NCBI RefSeq assembly: GCF_001194135.2
Contig: NC_068982.1
Span: 83,206,188-83,243,450, forward strand
Direction: 5' to 3'
Length of the DNA stretch: 37,263 bases
Source: Octopus bimaculoides
Lineage: Eukaryota
Made by a program: the position numbers and the translations under genes. Positions 11,014-21,710 of this stretch are shown here, piece by piece; position 1 is the first letter of the stretch, and the number at the start of each line of letters is the position of its first letter. The notes below the pieces were generated by a model, which ran no database searches, was not told the DNA's origin, and saw nothing but the letters and a program-made list of their open reading frames with translations.

Positions 11014-11820
11014 GAGACATGGTTCTCCTGGGATGTTGTCTAGCTGATATCCCTTTTTTATCATACCGAGGGCACCTACAATAACAGAAAAACCTTTTGT
11101 ATTTCAATTTCTAGTTCCTTAGATTTACTTAATTAGTTAAATTCCTTTACAGATATATTTTTATCAGTGGGAACACTTACATCTATTAGTCTACAAATAT
11201 TTTCTTCCCGTCTTTAATAATTATGTCTGGTCGATTAGCCTGGATCATTCTATAGGTTTGACTGGAAAATCCGAGGATAGTGACACTTTTACCTTCAACG
11301 ACTGGCTCAGGATGATGTTCATAACAGTAAGCAGGAGTGTCGATTTTGTAGTGTTTACATATTTTCCAATGTAAATACTGTCCAATTCTATCGTTGCGAT
11401 TTTTGTATTCGTTTGGTATCAGCACAGGACATCCCAAAACGAGATGGTCTATCGTTTCGTCAAATGTGTCCTAGAATCTACATTTAGGGTCAGAACCTTT
11501 TGGAAGAACGTTAGCCTGGTAAGAAAGCTTTTATCTTGTGCCGCCAAAATGAAACCTTCAGTTTCTGCTTTCATTCTTGAAATTCTCATCCACTGATAGG
11601 TGGTTGCTTAGTTTACATCAGCATTTCGACTTCGAAGAATATACTGCCATGCAGTGACGCCACCGATCCTCAATTTGTTTCTGCCCGTTCTTTTTTTGCA
11701 GTCTCCTTGATTTTCTTGTTTGGTAGCAGTGGTTTCAGGATCTTCATCTAATTCAGGGTTAATGCCAAGTTCCCTTGCCAATTTGCAAGCTTCCTTGACA
11801 ATAGAATGTGACTTATTGTC
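11014..11820 (-). mobile_element. R4/Dong-like fragment (knuckle plus RLE)
   Basis: ETIDHLVLGCPVL..EYKNRNDRIGQYLHWKIC..ANRPDIIIKD..LIDVSVPTDKN..VIVGALGMIKKG; bordered by (ATT)n and a compound ATC/ATT array. Confidence 0.88.
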
Positions 11821-11873
11821 ATCATTATTATTATCATCATTATCCTCATCACCATCATCATCATTATCATCAC

Positions 11874-11966
<93 letters not shown>

Positions 11967-11975
11967 TATTATTAT
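11818..11975. repeat. Compound (ATC)n/(ATT)n microsatellite
   Basis: Direct reading. Confidence 0.95.
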
Positions 11976-12518
11976 TCAATGAGAGACCAGCGCATGCTAT
12001 CAAAGTGACACTGGGGTACAATTATACGATGCCCAATATACCCATCATGACTACCCGTCTGATAAGGGTACACCAGGCAATGCATCACAATTATATGTGC
12101 ACGACATTGTAATTACATATCAAGATAGACAGTACATGAGCTTGCAGATAAGACCCAGTTAGAATTTTCTTTAGGTAGAGTAGCCCATCCCATTCAAAAG
12201 GTTTTTTAAGGATGATGAACAAAACACCCATGTTTTCAGGGATGAATTATTCAAACCCCAAAGAATTCCTCTTAATACATGGCTATGATTCTCCCTCACT
12301 ACTTCTGCTCGTGATCAGAGATGCACATATCGTCAGCCACTAAGGGACATTCTCAATTGGTTGTGGTCAAGCAACTGACAAGCAAATCTGTGGTGTTGAA
12401 CAGAATATTTGTTGTAGCCCATCTTTTATACCAAAACAAAACAACGCACATGATAACTCTTCCAATCAGTTAAGATCAAAATCCATGAGAGCCATTTCCT
12501 GGTACTGCATCAGTGCAT
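11976..12518. mobile_element. Non-coding ~540-bp dispersed repeat of unknown class; its right end is repeated at 12657-12796
   Basis: 12367-12518 and 12657-12796 are direct diverged copies; the element lies between (ATT)n arrays; no ORF. Confidence 0.55.
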
Positions 12519-12531
12519 ATTATTATTATTA

Positions 12532-12606
<75 letters not shown>

Positions 12607-12608
<2 letters not shown>

Positions 12609-12648
12609 GTTCAGTAGTTTTATTTTTATAACGTGCTTTCACTTCACT
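12607..12648 (-). mobile_element. Ultra-short (42 bp) 3' end of an R4-like LINE with a long (AAT)n tail at 12519-12608
   Basis: Exact reverse complement of 32410-32451. Confidence 0.75.
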
Positions 12649-12825
12649 GGTTAATATCAAGCAACTGACAAGCAAAGCAGAATATTTGCTGTAGCCCATC
12701 TTTTTATACCAAGACAAAACAATGTACATGATAACACTTCCAATCTGTTAAGATAAGAAGCCATGAGAGCCACTGCCTGGTACTGCATCAGGGCATTTAT
12801 TATTGTTGTTGTTGTTGTTATTGAT

Positions 12826-13290
12826 ACAAGTGCCTGGGAATACTTGAGACAGATGGAATTAAACACAATTATATGAACGAAAAGACAAAAAAAGAGTACC
12901 TGTGGCGAGTGAGAAAAATATTGCATTCAAAGTTGAACGCCAGAAGTATAATTTCGGCAATAAGTTCTCGCACAGTCGCAGTAGTTCAGTATGGCGCTGG
13001 AATTCTGAAATGGACAGAGGATGAGCTAAAGAGTTGGACAGAAAGACAAGAGGAGCCCATCATCTACGTTCAGGCACTGATCGCCTGTACATGAAGAGAG
13101 CAAATGGAAGAAGGAGACTGATACGAGTAGAAGACTGCGTACGTATCGAACTCGTGATCTTCCTGAGATACCTTCCCCAAAATAAGGAAACCTTGCTGAT
13201 GTCACTTAGGGATGAGGGCATATTGAAAGCAGAAAGAAAGAGAAAAACAAAACATGTGCAAAAGGATATAAAGAATCAGTACCATCTCTC
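12826..13290 (+). mobile_element. R4/Dong-like RT thumb-region fragment
   Basis: YKCLGILETDGI..KEYLWRVRKILHSKLNARSIISAISS..VQYGAGILKWT..RLYMKRANGRRRLIRVEDCV. Confidence 0.85.
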
Positions 13291-13300
13291 TAAATATGTA

Positions 13301-13680
13301 TGAGTTGGTATCAAAAAGTTCCCGAACTAGTTCTGTAGCGCAGCAATAGATGGCAGCACACAGTTGCGTGCGCAGTGAGAGCTAGCAATGACCTTCATGA
13401 GGCAATGTGGTGAGTGACATCGCTGTGTTTACTTTGCAAGTCGTGAAATTTGTGTTTTTGTGATCACCTGTATGTTGTAGTTTGCGACTTTGTTATGGAC
13501 AGGAAGTTGGAACAAAGTACCCATGTGAAATTTTGCGATAAACTTGACAAGTCTGAAACAGAGACAAAGAGCATGCTTCAGCAAGGTTACGCGACGAGGG
13601 TCGCATGCAATGTTTCAAGTGGCACGGGCGCGTCAAAAGCGGAAGAAAGTCCCTGGAAGACTTTGAGTGATCTGGAAGAC
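13301..13680 (+). mobile_element. Mariner (Tc1/mariner) 5' end with transposase N-terminal HTH remnant
   Basis: TA then a TIR-like gagttggtatcaaaaagttccc; MDRKLEQSTHVKFCDKLDKSETETKSMLQQGY; frameshifted CFKWHGRVKSGRKSLED. Confidence 0.85.
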
Positions 13681-14285
13681 ATGTTACAAGTCTCACTCTC
13701 GGAAATACTTCGCATAAAAGTGCAAATACACGCCTGTACGCTTACATTATTTACTTACAGTGTCACTATAATACTTCAGTTAATCGTTCCTTTTGCATGG
13801 CGGCAAGCTGGAAGAATTGTTACTGTGTCGGAATAAATACCTTGTCGAATTTCTTCCGTCTCTTTATGCTCTAGTTTCAAATCTCACGGAGACCAACTCA
13901 TCGTAGTCGATAAAATGAAATACTAGTAGCGGGGTTGGTGGTATCGGACTTGTATCTAATTTTGAAACAAATACGTCGGTCTTGTTGCCAAAGCATGCAC
14001 TGTTATGCAAATTAGATAAAACAGTTTAGTTGTTTTTTATGATTATACGTCTACTAGAAATCACTTTCAGCTGCTATTTTTTTTACAGAATAAGTGATAG
14101 ATCTCTAATGAGATGTTAACATAATCTGAAGCTATCTTGGCCGCAGTGAAGAAAACAACCTGTGATTTTATAATGATACTGCTTTACTGTCAGCTTTACA
14201 GTGTTTCCTGAAAAGATGGGCTGGTGAGTTTATCAAATGTTTCAACTCAAACAAATACACATATATACATACACACAAGCATGTG

Positions 14286-14319
<34 letters not shown>

Positions 14320-14485
14320 NNNNNNNNNNNNNNNNNNNNNNNNNNNNNNNNNNNNNNNNNNNNNNNNNNNNNNNNNNNNNNNNNNNNNNNNNNNNNNNNN
14401 NNNNNNNNNNNNNNNNNNNNNNNNNNNNNNNNNNNNNNNNNNNNNNNNNNNNNNNNNNNNNNNNNNNNNNNNNNNNNNNTATACA

Positions 14486-14516
<31 letters not shown>

Positions 14517-14519
14517 GTG

Positions 14520-14550
<31 letters not shown>

Positions 14551-15001
14551 TTGCACGCGTGTGTATACATATAACAGAGTGGGTTATATCATCTTATCTT
14601 CCATAAGTTCCAAAATATAATTTTATCAATTTTATCGTCTTCGGTTTTCTGACAAATTAATCAATAATTTTCCACTGATCTTAATGATGAAGAGCAAGGG
14701 AAGGAGGGAGCGAGAAAGGAGGAGGAGAGGAGTATAATTTGTCAGAAGAGTAGAAAAGTAAAAAGAGTGGCGATGATGGTGGTGGTGGTATCGGTGGTAA
14801 TACCTTGTTTGTAAAGCTGCTAATGCTGATGTTAATATTTACAAATCTTAAATGGATTCTTAGCAGGATTCTGAATATTCCGGCAGATCTAAAGTTTATC
14901 ATTACAGAATGAAACGTCTCTCTTACACCTTATATTATACACACATACATACATACATAAATGCATACATACATACATACATACATACATACATACATAC
15001 A

Positions 15002-15470
15002 TGTCCACTGCCTTCCTAAAGAAAAGACGTATTTTTCTGTCTCTTCTCTCATGGCTTGTCTACCTAGCGTTCATAATAATAATTTTACTATCGTCTTGGC
15101 TCAACAGCCCTCACCGTTTGTTTTTACTGTCTTGTTCTCACTGTCCTGTTCTTGTTAACACTTTCACCCTCCGTAAAAAATCGCAAATTTTATTTAATTT
15201 GCTTTGCGGGAAGGACTGTTTTAACGAAGTCGGCTCTTGTCCTTACCTTCGAAACGCGGAGGAGATGAAACAGGGGACAACTGACGAAGGAGTATATTCT
15301 TTATGATACATGTCTCGTTCCTCTGTTTTTGTTTGTTTTTTTTTCGTTGTTCAAAAGTTCGTTTTCTATGTTTTTGTTTCTATGTTTTTGTTTCTATGTT
15401 TTCGTTTCTCATTGTGTTCAACGTTTTTTTGATGTCCTGTATCCATATATGCATGTATATATATATATAT
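15002..15470. repeat. Direct repeat copy 1 (~470 bp) of an unclassified element
   Basis: Near-identical to 16107-16566; the tail part is also at 15718-15850. Confidence 0.9.
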
Positions 15471-15648
15471 TCATATATATGTTGGTATGCACTTATATGT
15501 ATGGATACATGAGTCTATTTATATATTATTTATAATATCATACATACATATATGCATATTTATGTATATCAATGTATATATGTATATATATATGTATATA
15601 TATATGTGTGTGCGTGTGCGCACGTATGTGTGTGCATGTGTGTGTGTG

Positions 15649-15708
<60 letters not shown>

Positions 15709-16106
15709 TGTGTACATGTTCGAAAAAAGTTCGTTTTCTGTTTTCGTTTTTCTGTTTTCATTTCTCATTGTGTTTAACGCTTTTTTATGTCCTGTACCCA
15801 TATATGCATGTATGTATATATATATAGATGTAGGCATGTACATATATATATGGATATAGGCATATATTTATATATTATTTATATTATTATATCCTTTTCC
15901 AAATAAGTTTTATCTTAACAATTACAATGCGCACTCTTCTACTATCTCTTCTCTGTCAATCTCTCTCCCTCTCTTGTTCTTCATCCTTTCTCTTTTTCTC
16001 TCCCACCCTTTCCCTATTCTTCTCTCCCTTTCACCGTTCCTTCTCTCTCACTCTGCCTCCTTGACTCTTTGGTCGCTGACACGTGATGAAAGGGGATCTC
16101 TCTTTC

Positions 16107-16566
16107 TGTCCACTGTATTCCTAAAGAAAAGACGTATTTTTTCTGTCTCTTCTCTCATGGCTTGTTTACCTCGCGCTCATAATAATTTTTCTATCGTTTT
16201 GGCTCAACAGCCCTTACCGTTTGTTTTTACTGTCTTGTTCTCACTGTCCTGTTCTTGTTAACACTTTCACCCTCCGCAAAAAATCGCAAATTTTATTCAA
16301 TTTGCTTTGCGGGAAGGACTGTTTCAACGAAGTCGCGTATTGTACTTGCCATCGAAACGCGGAGGAGATGTAACAGGGACAACTGACGAAGGAGTATACT
16401 CTTTATGTTGCATATTTCGTTCCTCTTTTTTTTTTTCGTTGTTCAAAAGCAAATTCGTTTTCTATGTTTTTGCTTCTATGTTTTCGTTTCTCATTGTGTT
16501 TAACGTTTTTTTTAATGTCCTGTACCCATATATGCATGCATGTATACATATAGATGTAGGTATGTA
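16107..16566. repeat. Direct repeat copy 2
   Basis: Begins tgtccactg..cctaaagaaaagacgtatttt as in copy 1, with scattered substitutions. Confidence 0.9.
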
Positions 16567-16730
16567 NNNNNNNNNNNNNNNNNNNNNNNNNNNNNNNNNN
16601 NNNNNNNNNNNNNNNNNNNNNNNNNNNNNNNNNNNNNNNNNNNNNNNNNNNNNNNNNNNNNNNNNNNNNNNNNNNNNNNNNNNNNNNNNNNNNNNNNNNN
16701 NNNNNNNNNNNNNNNNNNNNNNNNNNNNNN

Positions 16731-16764
<34 letters not shown>

Positions 16765-16829
16765 GGCTACATTAAATCTCTGAGCGAGTTGTAAACAGTA
16801 GCAATACGGAATCGTAACACATAATTGCC

Positions 16830-17143
16830 AACCGAGTGTGGCGTCCTATACGGAACAATGCTACTGGTGTCTATAGCCTCCAAGAAGACATCTTTTCCAG
16901 CTGGCTAACGACACACATTCTGTGTCCGATTAGTATTTGCATGATTAACACACGCTGAGGACGGGTAACCACCTAGAAACTCAAGTCTGTGTGTATCACG
17001 TAAGGCTAGGGATGGGAGCAATGACCTCCCCTCGCAAATACTAATCGGACACAGAATGGGTGTCGTTAGCTAACTGGAAGAGATGTCTTCCTGGGGCTAT
17101 AAAGGCCAGTAGCACTGTCCCGTTTAGGACGCCACACTTGGTT
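16830..17143. mobile_element. Foldback/MITE-like element with ~110-bp inverted arms (16830-16940, 17034-17143)
   Basis: Arms about 88% identical by manual alignment; ~93-bp unique spacer; no TSD found. Confidence 0.75.
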
Positions 17144-17404
17144 ACTATATATACATTATACATGTGTGTGCGTGTGACTGTGTGTATGTGTATATATATA
17201 TATGTGTGTGTGCATATACACACGTGCGCGTGCGTACACACACACACACACACATATATATATATGTGCACTTGTGTGTTTGTGTGTATATAAATACACA
17301 CACGTACATTAATGTATACTGAAATACGTTGCGTCCCGTGTTCTGCACTTCTTTGTAACTGCTGAGTCTGAGGGGAGGGACAGGCCCTGCTGGCCTGCCG
17401 ACAC

Positions 17405-18560
17405 TAGTTAGATTGAAGCTGTGAATATTTCGCTTAAACTATTACAAGTCCATACCTGCAGGAAAGACAAGAGTAGGGAGATGGTTCTAGTGAGACGATG
17501 CACTAGGGAGAAAAGACCTGGGGTAATGATTAGTGTAGAATAGTGATGAGTGGAGGCAAGTCAGATGTACTTATGTGGAGATGGTACAATACCAGCTAGT
17601 TCTGAGATAGAGAGACCATTATACAAATTGTAGAAAAGACGTAGAGAGGACACAGCACATTTGTGGGTCAAGGGATAAAGTGTACCTGATTGAATTCCAA
17701 CTAGTTGAGTGGACTTACTCTGGATGTGGTGAAAGACTTCCTTGTGGGCGGCAGCAGCACCATCCCAGATGTAGCAGTAATACTCCATCGTTGGCCACAT
17801 TTGAATTTTTGTACAATATCAGTAATTGCTGAAGACTTTTCTGACTTTAAAGAACCAGACTTTTGGATGCAGTTCTAGCTACATTTAGAACGTTCGTTCA
17901 TGATGAAAGATCTTTGGGTTCGTGAGCAACATTATTTGGAGCTATCAGAAAGGCTCTTGTAGTTTAATGTTCATATTAAATGGTTTATGTGCGATGAGAA
18001 AAGTTTGACTTCATGGGAGAATGATGTTGAGGTTTCTGTTGATGAAGTCAGTGTGGGATGGGTGTTGGTATTTAAGTAATGGGTGGATGTTGTATGGGTG
18101 ACAAAGTTTGGGGAAGAATAAGGGCTTGTGTAAACTGTACAACAGCAGGCTATTATGGATGACGCCAGATCGGTCATTGATTGAAGGAAAGGAGTTATTA
18201 GGGAACAAAATCGAACCCTGGGACAAATTGGAGACGATAAAGTGTCGAACAGAAATTTGTTTCTGGGTGAACATGCACCTCGAATAGTGTAATCTGATAA
18301 GAAGCTGCTGGTCTAAGAGATGAGACAAAAATAAAATCTTAGAGGGTGGGAAAAGTTTCAATTAGCAATTTTGTTAGACACAATGGAAAATTTTGGAGAT
18401 GTCAGGAATAATATCGTTGCTTTCATCAAATTTGTTTAAGATGAAAACCAACTGATGGATGAGAAGGAAGAGGAGCTTTTAGTGGATCTATCTTTATGGA
18501 AACTGGGATATTCCACTGGTTGCGGTAATAACAGCGTGGGGATTTTCTGATTTAAGGAAT
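17405..18560 (-). mobile_element. Decayed APE-type LINE (CR1/L2-group-like) RT and C-terminal region
   Basis: NDIIPDISKIFHCV, SNLSQGSILFP..IND, PTMEYYCYIWDGA, AVSSLRLFYNLYNG..ELAGIVP, NHLPTLVFP on the minus strand. Confidence 0.75.
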
Positions 18561-18575
18561 AGGAAGGTAGGGAAA

Positions 18576-18623
18576 GAAAGAAAGAAAGGAAGGAAGGAAG
18601 GAAGGAAGGAAGGAAGGAAGGAA

Positions 18624-18673
<50 letters not shown>

Positions 18674-18675
18674 AA
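18576..18675. repeat. (GGAA)n/(GAAA)n tetranucleotide array
   Basis: Direct reading. Confidence 0.95.
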
Positions 18676-18842
18676 AGAGACTGGAGGTGTTGGGCTGCTT
18701 CTGTTATGTTTGGGTTATTTGAAATGAATGTTACATGAAATGAATGTATTAGGGTGAGTCAGAGAGTTTCCTTTCTTGAGAATGGAATGCAGTGACGAGT
18801 GTTTATAAAAATCACGGTATATCCCTAGGGAGAGACAGAAAA

Positions 18843-18885
<43 letters not shown>

Positions 18886-19129
18886 GAGAGAGCGAAAGAG
18901 CGAGACAGTGAGTGAGTGAGTGATTAGGCTACCTGATGGACGAGACATTGTGAAAATGGTGAACTTAGTGGGAATAAAATCCAAAATTCAAAATGGTTGG
19001 TATATAACGAGATAATTCAGTGTGGTTCGAATACAGCAGGGTATTTATGTTTCAATGAACTGGTTCTCGTCTCACACTAATACTAACACAGACGCTTACA
19101 TACGTACGTACATATATCCATAAATACAT

Positions 19130-19180
<51 letters not shown>

Positions 19181-19299
19181 CATAGATATGCTAGGATGCA
19201 TAATTGCATACAGAGCAATATGTAGTTGCTACAGTACAAACTTAAGTTGGTCATTGTTCGTCAAGTATGAAATTTGTAGAAAAGAAAAAAGTTTGCTAA

Positions 19300-19904
19300 T
19301 CTATACATATAAATTTAATATGGCCCATTCTTTCTTGTCTTGGGATTCACGGTCAAACGGCTGGGTGGAATTGCGCGAAAAATTACACAGATGTATAGAA
19401 TGATCCGGCGGTGATGCTGGGCTTTGTATTTTTTTCATAGCTCCCATGGTCACCGAGAAATCTACTATAATAATGCTCTTGTGTTTATGAATGAGAAAGG
19501 AAGGGGTGATAGATGAATAAGGAAGGAAGGGGGATGTCATACTTGATAGTAGGATGATGAAAATTGTACGCTGAAAAAATAAATCAAACAGCGTTTCAAC
19601 TCTGTGTGTATATATCTGTGTATGTAAAATAGGGTATGTGAATGTGTGTGTGTGTGCGTGTGTGTGTGTGTGCATGTATGTGTGTGTGCATGTATGTGTG
19701 TGTGTGCGTGTGCGCGCTTCGTTCGTTTAGTATTTGGGTTTATTTTCTGATTTGGTTGAATCTTGGTTGGTTTTTTTTTGTTGGTCAGTTATTTTTAGCG
19801 TTTTGACAGAAAAATGTCATTCTAAAATTGCTTTTTAACGTAGGCGTGCCCATTTACAGCCACATCATCCAAACCGACCGGGTGAAACCGGGCTAAGCTG
19901 CTAG
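19300..19904 (+). mobile_element. Non-autonomous Helitron (605 bp)
   Basis: 5' A|TCTATAC; 3' hairpin ccgg-gtgaaa-ccgg (19878-19891) then CTAG|T; inserted between A and T with no TSD; 5' region homologous to 36806 onward. Confidence 0.8.
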
Positions 19905-19929
19905 TGTTTTATAAATACAAGGAATAGTT

Positions 19930-20940
19930 TTATTCATCAAAGTATGCACCCATATTGTCAATACACTTTTGCCATTTCAGCGGCAGCTTGTCCCGCCCAG
20001 AACTGTAAAAGCCTGGCAATCTAGAGTCAATAAAATCTTGGAAGGCCTATTTCACAGTATCGTCGGAATTAAAATTTTATCCTATAAAAAAGTTATCCAA
20101 ATTCTGGAAGAAGTGGTAGTCAGTGGGGAAAAGATCAGGTGAGTATGGTAGATGACGGAGAACTTCCAACTTCAACTCCTGTAGTTTTGCCAATGTCATT
20201 TTTGCAATGTGTAGTCTGGCGTTGTCTTGCAATAAAATAGGAGTGGATCTGTTGACTAATCTAGGTTGTTTTTTTGTAAGTTTCTACATTATTTGGTCCA
20301 GCTGGCCGCAGTATACGGCTGTGATTGATGAGCCAGGTTTAATGAAATCATAATGGATCACACCTGCGCCAGACCACCAAACACATACCATCAGCTTCTT
20401 TTGATGAACTTTGTTTTTTGGACTGTTTTGGTGGCTCGTCTTTGTCCAACCATTGTGCTGAACGTTTACAGTTGTTGTGTTGGATCCATTTTTCATCACA
20501 TGTTACAATCCGATTGGAAAATGATTCATTTTTGTGACGAGAAAGTAGCATAATGCAGGCTTCCAAACATTACTGTGTCTGATTTTCATTGAGTCCATGT
20601 GGAACCCGCTTATGTAACTTTTTCACTTTACCTATTTGCACTAGGTGAGTCAATATTGTTTGCTTGCTAACACCAATCAACAACGATAATTTACGAGCAC
20701 TTTGAGATGGATCTGACTCGACGGTGGCTTTCAGTTCGTCATTATCCACCTTTCTTTCTGGTCGACCATGTTGCTCATTTGTGAGGTCAAAGTTACCAGA
20801 ACGAAATTTTGCAAACCAATTTGATACTGTCTGCTATGTAATAACATTAGAATGAAATACTTCATTAATATTCCGAGCTGTCTGTGAAGCTGTATTTCCA
20901 AGAAAGAATTCAAAAACGATTTAGAAATACTTTATAAAGC
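19930..20940 (-). pseudogene. Mariner DD34D transposase pseudogene
   Basis: GNTASQTARNI..WFAKFRSG, VPHGL, IVTCDEKWI, LMVCVWWS, DNARLH, YSPDLFPTDYHFF, WQKCIDNMGAYFDE*; stops and frameshifts. Confidence 0.92.
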
Positions 20941-21155
20941 GCAAAATGAGTTAGAATAAAGAAATAGATTTGTCAGCTTTCTAGCAAAAAATAAAGATTG
21001 TCAAAATATAATAATGATGCAAATGAACAGCTGTTAAAGTTTACCATATACCTTACTACAAATTTCATACTTGATGACCTAATATATGGTGTTGGAAACT
21101 TTTTAATAAAAAAGTTTTGGGTGTGAATAAATGTCGACTCTCCCCTTGGTTTTCA

Positions 21156-21209
<54 letters not shown>

Positions 21210-21710
21210 TTTCCCTCCCTAATACTTTTTTCTTCGTTCTGACTTTCTATCCGTCCTGCTCTCGTTTCCAGTCCTACAAGATATTTTCATTTTCCTTTGC
21301 GTTACCACATATCTGTCTGTCTTGCGGCCGCACGGCTTTTTTTGTTGTATATGTATGTTTCATTATGTTGTGTCTGTTTTCGTCATTGTCCTATTGTCGT
21401 TAGCTATTCTTAGTGGTTTTTCGTCACGGGCGCCACCAACAGTGAACAATATCAACGTTAGAATCGCTAAATTGTAATAATCTTTTGGACGTTGACTGAC
21501 GAGGAATAAGCTACGAATTTTCTTTTTGTTATGTTTTTGTAAAATTTTCCGTTTGGTGTTTTTAAATTTTTGATATATATATATAAATATATATATTGTT
21601 GCAGAGAATTAGTAATAATGGCACACCCCTCTCATGTAACGAATGGAATAATCTAGTCACTATAAGTTAAGTACCAGAGAACGTAGTTGGCGGTCAGAGA
21701 TAATTGTGTC

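Larger units (their letters stand above)
19253..21082 (-). mobile_element. Full-length decayed mariner transposon, interrupted by a Helitron
   Basis: TIR core tcaagtatgaaatttgtag at 19261-19279 and inverted near 21055-21073; TA at 21083-21084. Confidence 0.88.

Noticed and set aside
11608-12112. Poly-D/N/H/S ORFs on both strands
   Set aside because: Translations of compound trinucleotide microsatellites.
13870-13960. Possible reverse-strand degenerate copy of the 661/8189 SINE-like family
   Set aside because: Similarity is too patchy to call by eye.
15245-15300. Hammerhead-like pieces (ccttc GAAA cgc ... CTGACGA agg), also at about 16350-16395
   Set aside because: No consistent stem III/GUH or stem I can be built in either copy.
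14168-15859. Many overlapping ORFs (HT, CV, YI repeats)
   Set aside because: Dinucleotide and tetranucleotide repeats and N gaps keep the frames open.
21490-21520. CTGACGA motif suggestive of a Penelope hammerhead
   Set aside because: No GAAA (reads gaat) and stem II does not pair.
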